DNA from: Candidatus Saccharimonadales bacterium
GTDB taxonomy: Bacteria > Patescibacteriota > Saccharimonadia > Saccharimonadales > Saccharimonadaceae
Reading direction: 5' to 3'
Length of the DNA: 64,000 nt
Assembly: GCA_035697325.1 (NCBI GenBank)
Contig: DASSDB010000002.1
Span: 91,232 to 155,231, forward strand
Below the pieces are notes generated by a model. It saw only the letters and a list, made by a program, of their open reading frames with translations, made no database searches and was not told the origin of the DNA. Below are positions 16,328-25,940 of the stretch, one piece after another (position 1 is the first letter of the stretch; each line of letters opens with the position of its first letter). Position numbers and translations under genes: made by a program.

Positions 16328-17173
16328 ATGTCACACACCGACGTTTCTTCACCAGTTATTGAACTCCGCGGCCTTACGAAAACATATGGCCTGGGTGATG
16401 CTGAGCATCGGGCGCTAGACGGTGTCGACCTTACAATTGAGCGTGGTGAGTTTATCACTATCATGGGGCCAAGCGGATGCGGTAAGACAACGCTACTCAA
16501 TATTCTCGGCCTTCTAGACCGTGGCACCGAAGGAGATTACCTGCTTGATGGTGGCTCTATGGAAAAAATTGGGAGCGCCAGGCGCGCCCGGATCCGAAGT
16601 CAGCAAATTGGTATCGTGTTTCAGAATTTCAACCTTATTAATCGTCTCTCTGTTATCGAAAATGTCGCGCTGCCGCTTACGTATCGCGGTATGCTTCGGA
16701 CCAAACGGCTCCAGCAAGCAAGCGATATCTTGAAGAACTTTCACCTCTCGGAGCGTGAATATTACATGCCTTGGCAGCTATCTGGCGGACAGATGCAACG
16801 CGTTGCAATTGCAAGGGCGCTTGTGAGTAACCCTTCGATCATCCTTGCGGATGAACCGACAGGTAATCTTGATAGCAAATCGAGCCATATTATTATGGAA
16901 GAGCTCTCAGACATCCACAAGCGTGGCAATACTATTATTATGGTCACGCACAATCCCGCACTCACAACCTATGCCAGCCGCGTTATCCACATGCTGGACG
17001 GGAAAATCGACAGCGATACGAAGATCCCGATCCAGACTGAAACTTCAGCCGAGAAGGTTCCCTTAGGAGCCAAGCGAATCGTAAAAGAAAAAGCTGAGAA
17101 GAAGCCAGCGAAAAAACGCAAGACCAAAGCCAAGGCAAAGGCAAAGCCAAAGACGAAAGCGAAGAAAGCATGA
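16328..17173 (+). CDS. ABC transporter ATP-binding protein (MacB/LolD-like) with Lys/Ala-rich tail
   Basis: Walker A GPSGCGKTT, signature LSGGQMQRV, Walker B ILADEPT. C-terminal KEKAEKKPAKKRKTKAKAKAKPKTKAKKA. The TGA stop overlaps the next ATG (ATGA). Confidence 0.93.
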   Translation: MSHTDVSSPVIELRGLTKTYGLGDAEHRALDGVDLTIERGEFITIMGPSGCGKTTLLNILGLLDRGTEGDYLLDGGSMEKIGSARRARIRSQQIGIVFQNFNLINRLSVIENVALPLTYRGMLRTKRLQQASDILKNFHLSEREYYMPWQLSGGQMQRVAIARALVSNPSIILADEPTGNLDSKSSHIIMEELSDIHKRGNTIIMVTHNPALTTYASRVIHMLDGKIDSDTKIPIQTETSAEKVPLGAKRIVKEKAEKKPAKKRKTKAKAKAKPKTKAKKA

Positions 17174-18402
17174 GCAAACTCCTTATCGTTGATCATATAC
17201 AAGGTGCGATCCATTCACTAAAAACCACTCGCACTCGCACTTTTTTGACAACACTTGGCGTGGCAATCGGTGTAGCAAGCATCACGACTATTCTTTCGCT
17301 CAGTGGTGGCGTGAGTCAAATGGTTAATCGTCAGATAGATGGACTTGGCGGCAACATCGGCGTTATCCGCCCTGGAAGCCCGGAAAAAACAACGGATATT
17401 CTCAGCAATCCTACAATTGATAGATCTTATACAGCCAGTACCCTTACCGAAAAGGACCTAGATGACATAGGAAAGGTTGATGGAATTGATGCGGCCGCTC
17501 CTATCATGGTAGTAAACGGTACAATGAAAGCCGGAGATACGACCGTCTCAAATGGGACGGTGGTCGCCACCACCCCCGATCTAAAGGATATTGCCGGCTT
17601 ACCTATTCGTGATGGCCAGTTTATCGATAGCGTTACGAATCGTGACACTGTTGTTATCGGTAGTCAGCTTTCGGTTGATTTATTCGGTACTGACCAGTCT
17701 ATTGGACAAACGTTCAAGATCCGCGGGCAGACGTTTACGGTGATTGGGATATTGAAGCGGATAAACAATCCTATTAACTTTAATAATGTCGACTTTGACC
17801 GGACGGCCATTATTAGCCTTGAAAGCGGAAAGAGCTTTCATCAAGGTGTCGCCGAAATCCAGCAAATCGATCTTCGCGCAAGTGAGCCTAGCAAGCTGGC
17901 GGCATCGTTAAAAACCGTTGAGGAGCGACTTCAAAAAAATCATGGTGGTGAAAAAGATTTTTCCGTACTCTCCAACACGCAAATTGCTGAACCATCCAAC
18001 CGCTTCTTTGTCGCTCTTACGAGCATTATGACTATCATCGCAGCAATTTCACTTTTAGTAGGCGGCATTGGCATTATGAACATCATGTTAGTAGGAGTAG
18101 CAGAGCGAACACGTGAGATCGGGTTGCGTAAAGCGGTTGGCGCCAGCAATGGCAATATTATCTGGCAGTTTCTTATAGAAGCGCTGATCATCAGCTTGCT
18201 CGGCGGCATCATCGGGTACGGAGCAGGATATGTGTTTGCCTTTGCTATTAGCACCTTCTTTACCTTCAGCCCAGCCTTTACGTGGCAGATTGCGCTTTGC
18301 GCCTTTCTTCTCTCGGTTGGTGTCGGTACGATTTTTGGCATTTATCCTGCAATACGAGCCGCCCAGAAAGACCCTATCGAATCGCTGCGGCACTATCGAT
18401 AA
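17170..18402 (+). CDS. ABC transporter permease (FtsX/MacB-type)
   Basis: N-terminal TM helix, large extracytoplasmic domain, C-terminal FtsX-like three-TM bundle (REIGLRKAVGAS). Confidence 0.9.
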   Translation: MSKLLIVDHIQGAIHSLKTTRTRTFLTTLGVAIGVASITTILSLSGGVSQMVNRQIDGLGGNIGVIRPGSPEKTTDILSNPTIDRSYTASTLTEKDLDDIGKVDGIDAAAPIMVVNGTMKAGDTTVSNGTVVATTPDLKDIAGLPIRDGQFIDSVTNRDTVVIGSQLSVDLFGTDQSIGQTFKIRGQTFTVIGILKRINNPINFNNVDFDRTAIISLESGKSFHQGVAEIQQIDLRASEPSKLAASLKTVEERLQKNHGGEKDFSVLSNTQIAEPSNRFFVALTSIMTIIAAISLLVGGIGIMNIMLVGVAERTREIGLRKAVGASNGNIIWQFLIEALIISLLGGIIGYGAGYVFAFAISTFFTFSPAFTWQIALCAFLLSVGVGTIFGIYPAIRAAQKDPIESLRHYR

Positions 18403-18405
18403 GCG

Positions 18406-18438
18406 AAAGAGGCTCAGGAACCCGGGCCTCTTTGTTTT
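18406..18438 (+). terminator. Intrinsic terminator between the ABC permease and the isomerase gene
   Basis: AAAGAGGC / GCCTCTTT stem followed by GTTTT. Confidence 0.7.
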
Positions 18439-18444
18439 AACAAG

Positions 18445-19497
18445 CTACTTGGCTTTAGCTAATTCACTCTTTAGTTTTTCTACGAGATCAACAGGCGTCG
18501 GATCGACCCCATTAAGAATGGCAACGTAAATACTGGTGAAATCAGCTAAAATACTTGCCCAGAGATGTTGTTTTATGGCCGTATCACCTTCCAACTTAAT
18601 TGTGTGCGCCTTGGGACGCAGCCCGGAGAGAAGTCTATCGGTAACTTCGAACCGCTTTAAAATCCGCGGATTCTCTAAATGGCTTACGAGATCAAATACC
18701 ACGAATGGTTTTTCTACTGGATGCGATGACCAGCCAATGAACTCATTGTGATTAAATTCTGGCAGTTCGTTACAAAATGCTACATTTTTAGCGTTTTCGT
18801 TCCAACTGATCTTCCACTTGTACGCCGAGGGAAACATCAGGCTACCAGCGTAAATCACAGGGGTTTTTCCTACCGCAAGCAAAGCAAGTTGCTTGGCATA
18901 GTTTTTAGCTACCGTCACATCCGACTCCCACTGGCGGGTTTGTTCGTGTAGCCAATCGGCTGTTTCGGCGATTTCGTCAAACCGGGTCTGGTCGACAACA
19001 CCAAAGTGAACAAGTATTTTAACCAGTGCCCTTAAGTTGTAGATGGCTGCCATACGAGGTTGAATGTTTGCCGGTAAAATAATTGAGGTTATACCGCCCT
19101 CAAGCGCCGCTTCCTTCAGCCTGCCTCCCGAGGCGATTATGGCAAGCTGGGCGCCAGCTTTTTTAGCTTCTTCAAGGCCGCTTATCGTTTCTTCGGTGTT
19201 ACCAGAGTAGCTGCTCGCAATAACGAGTGTATTTTCGTCAACATATCCGGGCAAATCATACGTTCGCACTACCTCGAACGGTACTTTCAAATCGCTTTTT
19301 AGCCACGCTTTCGCAAGTACCGCGGCCAATGCCGACCCACCCATACCTGCTACGACTACCTGTTTGATCTCGCGACCGTCGTGCTCTTCGTTAGTAATTT
19401 CCGCGATAAATTGCGCTTGGGTATATTGGCTGGCTGCCACCGCAAGTGCACCGGAAGGATCGCGTTGTTTTAGGACATTGTCATCATCTAACATCAA
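18445..19497 (-). CDS. SIS-domain bifunctional phosphoglucose/phosphomannose isomerase-like protein
   Basis: VVAGMGGSALAA and SYSGNTEET SIS motifs; two SIS halves; 350 aa. Confidence 0.8.
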   Translation of the reverse strand: MMLDDDNVLKQRDPSGALAVAASQYTQAQFIAEITNEEHDGREIKQVVVAGMGGSALAAVLAKAWLKSDLKVPFEVVRTYDLPGYVDENTLVIASSYSGNTEETISGLEEAKKAGAQLAIIASGGRLKEAALEGGITSIILPANIQPRMAAIYNLRALVKILVHFGVVDQTRFDEIAETADWLHEQTRQWESDVTVAKNYAKQLALLAVGKTPVIYAGSLMFPSAYKWKISWNENAKNVAFCNELPEFNHNEFIGWSSHPVEKPFVVFDLVSHLENPRILKRFEVTDRLLSGLRPKAHTIKLEGDTAIKQHLWASILADFTSIYVAILNGVDPTPVDLVEKLKSELAKAK

Positions 19498-19583
19498 ACT
19501 TCTCCTATGTTATAGATAGCCTTGCAGGCTTCACTCTTTCTATGATACAGTATTTACAAAAGAAGCATAAGTAATAACCAGAG

Positions 19584-20078
19584 GTGGGCATGGATATTCA
19601 ACCAACAAATCAGCAACCAATCAGTGATGACCAAGAGCTGGCCAAAGTACTTGCCGGTGTAACACAACAAGCCGATGAGGCAGCGACAACGCCTGCCCCT
19701 GATCCCGTGCCGGCGACCGAACCTCAGGAAGCTGATCAAGAAGTAGCGGAGACGCCCGCCCCAGCTGTGGCTCCAGAACCAGCCGCAGTGTCCTCTGCGC
19801 CTGCCGTAAGCCCCCTCCCTGCCGCGACAGGGCTGGACTCAATCAAACAAGATGCTTTAAGCGAGCTCCGACCGCTGGTCGACAAGCTTAATGTTGCTCC
19901 TGAAGAAAAGTTTGACACATATCTTCTTCTGATTCGCTCTACGGATGACCAATCTCTTATTGGTCCCGCCCACGAAGCCGCTCGAGCCATAACCGACGAG
20001 GCACGCCGCGCCCAAGCCCTGCTTGATATCATTAAAGAAATTGACTACCTGGCAGGCCCACAACAATCAGCCGCTTAA
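19584..20078 (+). CDS. Hypothetical Pro/Ala-rich protein
   Basis: GTG at 19584 or ATG at 19590, after GAGGTG. Low-complexity TPAPDPVPATEPQEADQEVAETPAPAVAPEPAAVSSAPAVSPLPAA followed by a helical C-terminus. Line 19741-19800 is 41/60 GC. Confidence 0.55.
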   Translation: MGMDIQPTNQQPISDDQELAKVLAGVTQQADEAATTPAPDPVPATEPQEADQEVAETPAPAVAPEPAAVSSAPAVSPLPAATGLDSIKQDALSELRPLVDKLNVAPEEKFDTYLLLIRSTDDQSLIGPAHEAARAITDEARRAQALLDIIKEIDYLAGPQQSAA

Positions 20079-20208
20079 GCTTCCTGAAGATAAAATGGCG
20101 TAGCAAAAAGGCCACATGAAAATCATATGGCCACCCCGGACGATCCGAGGATTTAGGGTGTTGCCCCCTTGGTATTGCTGCTAGCCTAGTTGCACGAGCT
20201 TTCGCCTA

Positions 20209-21267
20209 CTACGAGGTCACGCGACCCGGGCCAAATTTGGCGATGAGCGCGTCAGCCTTGGAGTCGGCGGTGCTTCGCTGAGCGAGTTGCTCCCTAAGCT
20301 GACTAATCTGCCCCTGCAACCGGTTAACCTCGCTCTGATGGGCGGCTTCGTTCTCGTGGATCTGCCGCTTCAGCTTTTCCTTGTCGCCGGCGAGTTCCTC
20401 GACGATCGCCACCAAAGACGCGATACGATCATTCGCAGGCGTGTCCGGCGCTGCCGCACTTGTCGGATTGTTGGTGGTCTCCTGGCGCGACGGAACTGGT
20501 GTCGGCACCGGTGCCTTGGCGCTTCCCTCGGTCAGCGATGCCGGTTTCGAGTCAACCTTCCTTGTCTCCACCGGACCGGCTTGAGTCGACCGGTACTCAC
20601 CGGCATCGTCGCAGGGGTGCTCCTCGATCACGCGCTTCAGCGCATCGACATCCAGCTCACGCGTTTCGACCGTCCACCACCAGAGGTGATTATCCTCATC
20701 CACTTTCATGTGGGAGCGAATGAGGCCCAGTCGCTTCAAGTAGTAGCGAACCTGCTTCTGCTCCACCCCAAGCATCCCCGTAGCTTTGAGAATGCCCTTG
20801 ACGTTGAGAGCGACCATGTTGCCCATACGACGAACCGTCGGCTTGGCCGCATACGTCTGAAGTTCCAGATACGCCAGCTGGCAGGTCTCGATCAGTGACT
20901 CCATTTCCGACTTGTCGTCCTTCACCACCGACGAGACAGTGAACAACAGCTTACGAACCTCTTCGACGCTCAGGAGAGTCGCCACCTCATCAGGAGTCAA
21001 ATCTCGAGAAAGCGAAATCGAGTAGGTTCTGGTGCGCTGTTCGTTCATGTCGCGGTTGATGCTGCCGTCCTTCTCCATCAGGAGGAGGGTGTTGCTGACG
21101 CAGGCACCGATCGCTTTGGTGTCCGGCAGCCCACAGAGCTCACGTAGCCGCGAAGCTATGCGACCTGTGGAATCCGATAGAACACCTCCTTTACGGTGCA
21201 ATGCGAGCTTGATCAGGTCGCAGAGTGCGGCCTGTTTCACCGAGTAGGAGTTGCTACCTTCGGTCAT
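20209..21267 (-). CDS. Hypothetical protein, 352 aa, GC-rich, C-terminal coiled coil
   Basis: Long ORF, SD GGAAGGAGAGGA upstream of the ATG. C-terminal heptad-like EKLKRQIHENEAAHQSEVNRLQGQISQLREQLAQ. No family recognised. Line 20461-20520 is 39/60 GC. Confidence 0.65.
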   Translation of the reverse strand: MTEGSNSYSVKQAALCDLIKLALHRKGGVLSDSTGRIASRLRELCGLPDTKAIGACVSNTLLLMEKDGSINRDMNEQRTRTYSISLSRDLTPDEVATLLSVEEVRKLLFTVSSVVKDDKSEMESLIETCQLAYLELQTYAAKPTVRRMGNMVALNVKGILKATGMLGVEQKQVRYYLKRLGLIRSHMKVDEDNHLWWWTVETRELDVDALKRVIEEHPCDDAGEYRSTQAGPVETRKVDSKPASLTEGSAKAPVPTPVPSRQETTNNPTSAAAPDTPANDRIASLVAIVEELAGDKEKLKRQIHENEAAHQSEVNRLQGQISQLREQLAQRSTADSKADALIAKFGPGRVTS

Positions 21268-21355
21268 GGTCCTCTCCTTCCTCTAGGGATCTGAACCAGT
21301 TAATATTATAACATCTAGGTGAACATCTGTAAATGTATGCTTTTATGCAGCATAT

Positions 21356-21388
21356 AAAAATACTTCGGCAATATCCCGAAGTATTTTT
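21356..21388 (-). terminator. groEL intrinsic terminator
   Basis: AAAAATACTTCGG / CCGAAGTATTTTT stem; U-tract on the minus strand. Confidence 0.7.
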
Positions 21389-21405
21389 CTACATTTTACA
21401 ACTTG

Positions 21406-23049
21406 TTACATCATCCCCATACCAGGCATGCCACCGCCTGGAGCAGCAGCTTCCTTTTCAGGAATTTCAACCACGAGTGCCCCCATGGTCGCAGCTGTTG
21501 ATGCGATAGAAACGGCGTTCTGTACGGCTTCTTTGGTAACTTTTACAGGATCGATAACACCGGCTTTCTTTACGTCGACCAAGCCTGCTGTAGGTTTCAT
21601 TACATTAACACCAAAACCTGGCTTGCCAGCTTCAACTTGAGCCAGAAGCGCTTCACTATTGAGACCGGCATTCGCAGTAATCTGAAGGAACGGCTGCTTC
21701 AAAGCGTTCTTTAAGATCTGACGACCTGCGGTCACACTGTCTGCTCCGTCAGCGGTAATACCAGTAGAGAGATTGACTAGCGTTACGCCACCTCCGGCAA
21801 CGATACCTTCGGCAAGCGCCGCCTTGGTTGCCGCCACTGCATCATCAACGCGAAACTTCTTTTCATCAATTTCAGTCTCGGTCGCGCCGCCCACCTTAAT
21901 AACGGCAACTTTGCCACTGAGGGCCGCTGCGCGCTTTTCAAGCTGCTCTTTATCGTATTCGCTCGAAGCGTTGTCGGCTTGAGTATGAATTTGAGTAATA
22001 CGTGCTTTTACATCGCTTTGCTTACCGGCACCTTCAATAATGGTCGACTCGTCTTTTGTCACGATAACCTTGCGTGCTGTTCCAAGCACATCCAGATCCA
22101 CATTTTCGAACGTCATACCCTGATCGTCACTAATGACAGTCGCACCAGTAAGGATGGCGATGTCTTCAAGGATTTCTTTGCGACGGTCACCGAACGCAGG
22201 TGCCTTAATGGCGACGGTATTAAAGACGCCCTTTAATTTATTAAGGACAAGGATGCTGAGCGCCTCTCCCTCAACCTCATCGGCAATCAAAACAACGTCT
22301 TTTTTGCCGGCTTGGGCCAGTTTTTCAAGCATTGGAAGGAACTCTTGGACACTGGATATCTTCTTATCGGTAATAACGATGGCCGGCTTTTCGTATACAG
22401 CCTCTTGACGATTCACATCAGTTACAAAGAAGGTACTGACAAATCCACGGTCAAGCGAGAAACCTTCTACTACTTCTGATTCCATCTCCAAGCCCTGCCC
22501 GGCCTCTACCGTAACGACACCTTCCTTACCAACCTTCTCTATAACATTGGCAATAAGCTTCCCGATGCTTTGATCACCGGCGCTAATTGTGGCTACTTCG
22601 GCAACACGATCTTTCTTGCCTTCAATGCTTTCAGCAAGCTTGTCAAGTTGGTTTATGACTTCGGCGCCCGCTTCTTCAATACCTTTACGGAGTTCCTGAG
22701 GATTATGGCCGGCCGCAATAAGACGGTGAGCCTCCTTCAGAACATTGTAAGTAAGCACAGTTACTGTCGTCGTGCCGTCTCCGGCTGCTTTATTAAGATT
22801 TTTGGCAGCTTGCTTAATGAGCTCGGCGCCTTCTTTCTGGCCAAGAAGTGCGTCATCGTCATCTGGTAGTTCAATGCTTTCAGCAACCGTCACACCATCA
22901 TGCGTTACTGTCGGACCGCCGAAACCCTTGGCAATAACCACGTTACGGCCCTTTGGTCCATAGGTTACCTTTACTGCGTCGTAGAGGGCTTTCGCCCCTG
23001 TTAGCACACGCTCGCGTGCGTCGTCATCATAAAATACTTTTTTTGCCAT
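21406..23049 (-). CDS. groL: Chaperonin GroEL
   Basis: [15 protein letters not shown]..., [11 protein letters not shown]-terminal GGMPGMGMM. The ATG at 23049 has GAGGAG upstream and is preferred over the track start at 23064. Confidence 0.98.
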   Translation of the reverse strand: MAKKVFYDDDARERVLTGAKALYDAVKVTYGPKGRNVVIAKGFGGPTVTHDGVTVAESIELPDDDDALLGQKEGAELIKQAAKNLNKAAGDGTTTVTVLTYNVLKEAHRLIAAGHNPQELRKGIEEAGAEVINQLDKLAESIEGKKDRVAEVATISAGDQSIGKLIANVIEKVGKEGVVTVEAGQGLEMESEVVEGFSLDRGFVSTFFVTDVNRQEAVYEKPAIVITDKKISSVQEFLPMLEKLAQAGKKDVVLIADEVEGEALSILVLNKLKGVFNTVAIKAPAFGDRRKEILEDIAILTGATVISDDQGMTFENVDLDVLGTARKVIVTKDESTIIEGAGKQSDVKARITQIHTQADNASSEYDKEQLEKRAAALSGKVAVIKVGGATETEIDEKKFRVDDAVAATKAALAEGIVAGGGVTLVNLSTGITADGADSVTAGRQILKNALKQPFLQITANAGLNSEALLAQVEAGKPGFGVNVMKPTAGLVDVKKAGVIDPVKVTKEAVQNAVSIASTAATMGALVVEIPEKEAAAPGGGMPGMGMM

Positions 23050-23063
23050 TTGCGTACTCCTCA

Positions 23064-23327
23064 CTAAACGGTCGCTAAAATGTCTTCTTCTTTAATAATG
23101 AGGTATTCAGTACCATCAATAGTAAGTTCGGTCGTTGAATACTCTTTATAGATGATTTTATCGCCCTTTTTGATCCCTTTTACTTCAGGACCAGTAGCGA
23201 CAACTTCAGCTAAAACAGGCTTTTCTTTTGCATTGTCTGGCAAATAGATACCGCTCGCGGTCTGAGTTTTTACAGCTTCTCGTACCGCAACAACTCGGTC
23301 CGCCAGAGGCTTGATAGGTGTACTCAT
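23064..23327 (-). CDS. groS: Co-chaperonin GroES
   Basis: 87 aa, IKPLADRVVAVRE...ASGIYLPD mobile-loop region. Immediately upstream of groEL. Confidence 0.97.
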   Translation of the reverse strand: MSTPIKPLADRVVAVREAVKTQTASGIYLPDNAKEKPVLAEVVATGPEVKGIKKGDKIIYKEYSTTELTIDGTEYLIIKEEDILATV

Positions 23328-23376
23328 AGAATTCCTCCGTTTGTTTTATTTGTGTTTTCCATTGTAGATAAAAAAA

Positions 23377-23403
23377 TTAGCACTTGCAAGTCACGAGTGC
23401 TAA
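23377..23403 (-). promoter_or_regulatory. CIRCE operator (HrcA binding site) upstream of groES
   Basis: TTAGCACTT-GCAAGTCAC-GAGTGCTAA against the consensus TTAGCACTC-N9-GAGTGCTAA (17/18 arm positions). Confidence 0.85.
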
Positions 23404-23417
23404 TTTAGAAAAAATAC

Positions 23418-23855
23418 TTAGGCAGATTGAAGGAGTTCACCCTTTACGGCTGCTGGGACGAAGTTTCCCGCTTGCACAAGCTCGTGGATCTCACGAAGAC
23501 CCGTATCGCTACCAAGTAGTTTACCATCTTCGCCATAAAGCTCGATGGTTGCCGTCTTCTCAAGGTCATCAAATCCCACTACGACACCCCCGGCAAGCTT
23601 ACTCGTAGAAATACGAGACCCCACAGCATCTTTGTCGCCATGACCGCCATCGATGACGTCCCTTCCCTGCAACCGTAGACCTTCGATGATAGCGTTGGCA
23701 ATATGATGATGCGTCGGCACATACACCACTGCTACGGCTCCGCCCATAGGCAGCCAATCGGCAAGCGCTTTACCGACATTCCACGCGACATCCACAGTTA
23801 AATCGGCATCTCCTTTGCCACGAATATCAAATGCGCCAATTAATTCTTCGCTCAT
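23418..23855 (-). CDS. PGM/PMM domain-I-like protein lacking the catalytic phosphoserine motif
   Basis: From the internal ATG (MSEELIGAFDIRGKG...), 145 aa. It resembles alpha-D-phosphohexomutase domain I (FGTDGIRG-like AFDIRGK). VGFDDLEKTATIELYGEDG sits where the SHNP motif is expected, and domains II-IV are absent. Confidence 0.55.
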   Translation of the reverse strand: MSEELIGAFDIRGKGDADLTVDVAWNVGKALADWLPMGGAVAVVYVPTHHHIANAIIEGLRLQGRDVIDGGHGDKDAVGSRISTSKLAGGVVVGFDDLEKTATIELYGEDGKLLGSDTGLREIHELVQAGNFVPAAVKGELLQSA

Positions 23856-23922
23856 TGTTTCAATTGTAGCACTTATGGTTTTTGAGAGCGAAGAATCCCG
23901 GTTATCTTGTACAATAATGATT

Positions 23923-24954
23923 ATGAATGTACGCTTTGCCGACGATACTGAAATAAAAAACTGGAATAAGCATATTCTTCTCAATCCAGATGGAGGAAAT
24001 GTCGTTCAGGGATACGAGTTTGCCCAACAAAAAAAAGCGGCCGGCTGGACGATTCGTTATATCATGCTTGATTCGCTTGCTATGACCATTATGGAAAAAC
24101 GCATTCCCTACCTTGGTAAGGTGTGGTACGCACCCAAAGGTCCTGGCGTGTCCACTTTGGCACAGTTGAAACAACTAAGAGAACCGCTGATCGAGTTCGC
24201 CCGAAAAGAGGGTGTTTTTACCATAAAAATCGAACCGGAACTTCCTCATACTGCATCGCTTGATGCACTTGACTTTACAAAAACTCGTCCTGTCCAGCAA
24301 AATTACGCAACTGTGCTCGTTGACATATCGCCTGATCTTGAAACCATAATAAAAAACTTTCCGCAAAAAGGCCGTCACGCCATTCGTCGGGCCGAACGCG
24401 ATGGAGTAACAGTCAAAAAAGTACCAGCAACAGATGAAAACTGTCTTACTATGTACATGCTTTTAAAAGAAACTGCTACCGATGCACAGTTTGGTATCCG
24501 CCCATCCGAGTACTATAAAACATTCTATCAACGCTATGAAGCCGCCAACTTAGGCCAACTTTTCTTTGCCGAATATGAGGGTCAGGTAGTAGCCGGTGCC
24601 TTCGCAATTCATTTTGGCAAAAAAAGTATGTACAAAGACGGGGCTTCGATTCGCAAACGAACCGCCTATGGCGCAAGCCATCTCCTTCAGTGGCATGTTA
24701 TTACCTGGGCTAAAGAGCACGGTGCTAAAATCCATGATCTTTGCGGTGCGCCGCCAATCGCGCGCAGCAAAGACCCGAGCCACCCCTATTATGGTATTGG
24801 CCTTTTCAAAACGAGTTTCAATAAGGAAATTACCGAGTATGTAGGTGCTTACGAAATTCCTGTCCAACATGCAAAATCAAAATTATGGACAAAATACATC
24901 GAGAAGATTATCCGACGCCTATACTATAAAAAACATCATGAGTCATATTATTAA
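23923..24954 (+). CDS. FemAB-family peptidoglycan interpeptide-bridge aminoacyltransferase
   Basis: MNVRFADDTEIKNWNKHIL..., GRHAIRRAERDGV, YEGQVVAGAFAIHFGKKSMYKDGAS, ASHLLQWHVITWAKEHGA. The start at 23923 avoids overlap with the divergent gene. Confidence 0.85.
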   Translation: MNVRFADDTEIKNWNKHILLNPDGGNVVQGYEFAQQKKAAGWTIRYIMLDSLAMTIMEKRIPYLGKVWYAPKGPGVSTLAQLKQLREPLIEFARKEGVFTIKIEPELPHTASLDALDFTKTRPVQQNYATVLVDISPDLETIIKNFPQKGRHAIRRAERDGVTVKKVPATDENCLTMYMLLKETATDAQFGIRPSEYYKTFYQRYEAANLGQLFFAEYEGQVVAGAFAIHFGKKSMYKDGASIRKRTAYGASHLLQWHVITWAKEHGAKIHDLCGAPPIARSKDPSHPYYGIGLFKTSFNKEITEYVGAYEIPVQHAKSKLWTKYIEKIIRRLYYKKHHESYY

Positions 24955-25829
24955 TGAATACATTCAACCGTACCGTGCTGATGTCAGACGCTCAGCACTT
25001 TAGCACGAAGCAGCCCATTAACCCCTACTATAGCGATGACGATCTCAATAATAGCGGTGCGATCCACGAGCACGAAACCATCGCGGCCATGTTCGAATCT
25101 GCCGACATCAACGTTCTACGAGTTCCCTCCCCTGTCAGCTCACAAGACGGCGTTTATACGGCAAACTGGGCACTCGTACGTGGGGATATAGCTATCCTCG
25201 CACGTCTTCCCAATGTCCGAAAAGCAGAGGAAGATCATGCTGAAAAAATCCTCACTCAGCTTGGCAAAAAAGTTATCCGAGTACCAGAATCGTATCGTTT
25301 CAGCGGCCAAGGCGATGCACTTCCCTTTGGCGATTATCTCTTTTGCGGCACAGGATATCGCTCAGATGTCGAAGCACAGGAATTCGCCGCCCAGAAGTTG
25401 GGTTATACACGCATTCAACTACAAACCATTCCTGAATTGGATAGTAAAAACAAGCCAGTTGTCAATAAAATTACTGGTTGGCCAGACAGTTTCTTTTATG
25501 ATATCGATCTTGCTCTCTCTATTATCCGACCTCCCGAAGCGGGTAAAAAGGGGCTCATTGCATACTGCGAAGAAGCCTTTACCCCTGAAAGCCAAGCTCT
25601 CCTGGCAACATTCGATGCTGCTGAAAAAATCAAAATATCGCTTGAGGAAGCGACCGTGGGGTTCGCTGCTAACCTCGTTTCTACCGGCAAAACGGTCATT
25701 ATGAGTGACAAAGCGCCCAAACTTGCAGCTGCCTTAAGGAAGTATGGTCTTAAAATCATGACGCCTCATATCAAAGAGCTTGTAAAAGGCGGTGGCTATA
25801 TCCGTTGCACCAGCCTTAGCTTTAATTAA
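24954..25829 (+). CDS. Amidinotransferase-fold enzyme (DDAH / arginine deiminase superfamily)
   Basis: C-terminal GGGYIRCTSLSF with the catalytic Cys typical of the guanidino-modifying superfamily. The start overlaps the FemAB stop (TAATG). Confidence 0.7.
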   Translation: MNTFNRTVLMSDAQHFSTKQPINPYYSDDDLNNSGAIHEHETIAAMFESADINVLRVPSPVSSQDGVYTANWALVRGDIAILARLPNVRKAEEDHAEKILTQLGKKVIRVPESYRFSGQGDALPFGDYLFCGTGYRSDVEAQEFAAQKLGYTRIQLQTIPELDSKNKPVVNKITGWPDSFFYDIDLALSIIRPPEAGKKGLIAYCEEAFTPESQALLATFDAAEKIKISLEEATVGFAANLVSTGKTVIMSDKAPKLAAALRKYGLKIMTPHIKELVKGGGYIRCTSLSFN

Positions 25830-25940
25830 AAACACGCACTAGTGAAAAGATTGCCCCTAGACGATAGTCGTTGTATAGTCTCCAAAAAGATGATTAAATA
25901 CTTTCGTTCACGTGCCGCATCCTACATTTAGGAGAGTAGA

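Noticed and set aside
20287-20898. 203-aa plus-strand ORF (and others) opposite the 20209-21267 gene
   Set aside because: High-GC DNA generates long antisense ORFs. The minus-strand frame is longer, has an SD and gives a sensible protein with a coiled coil.
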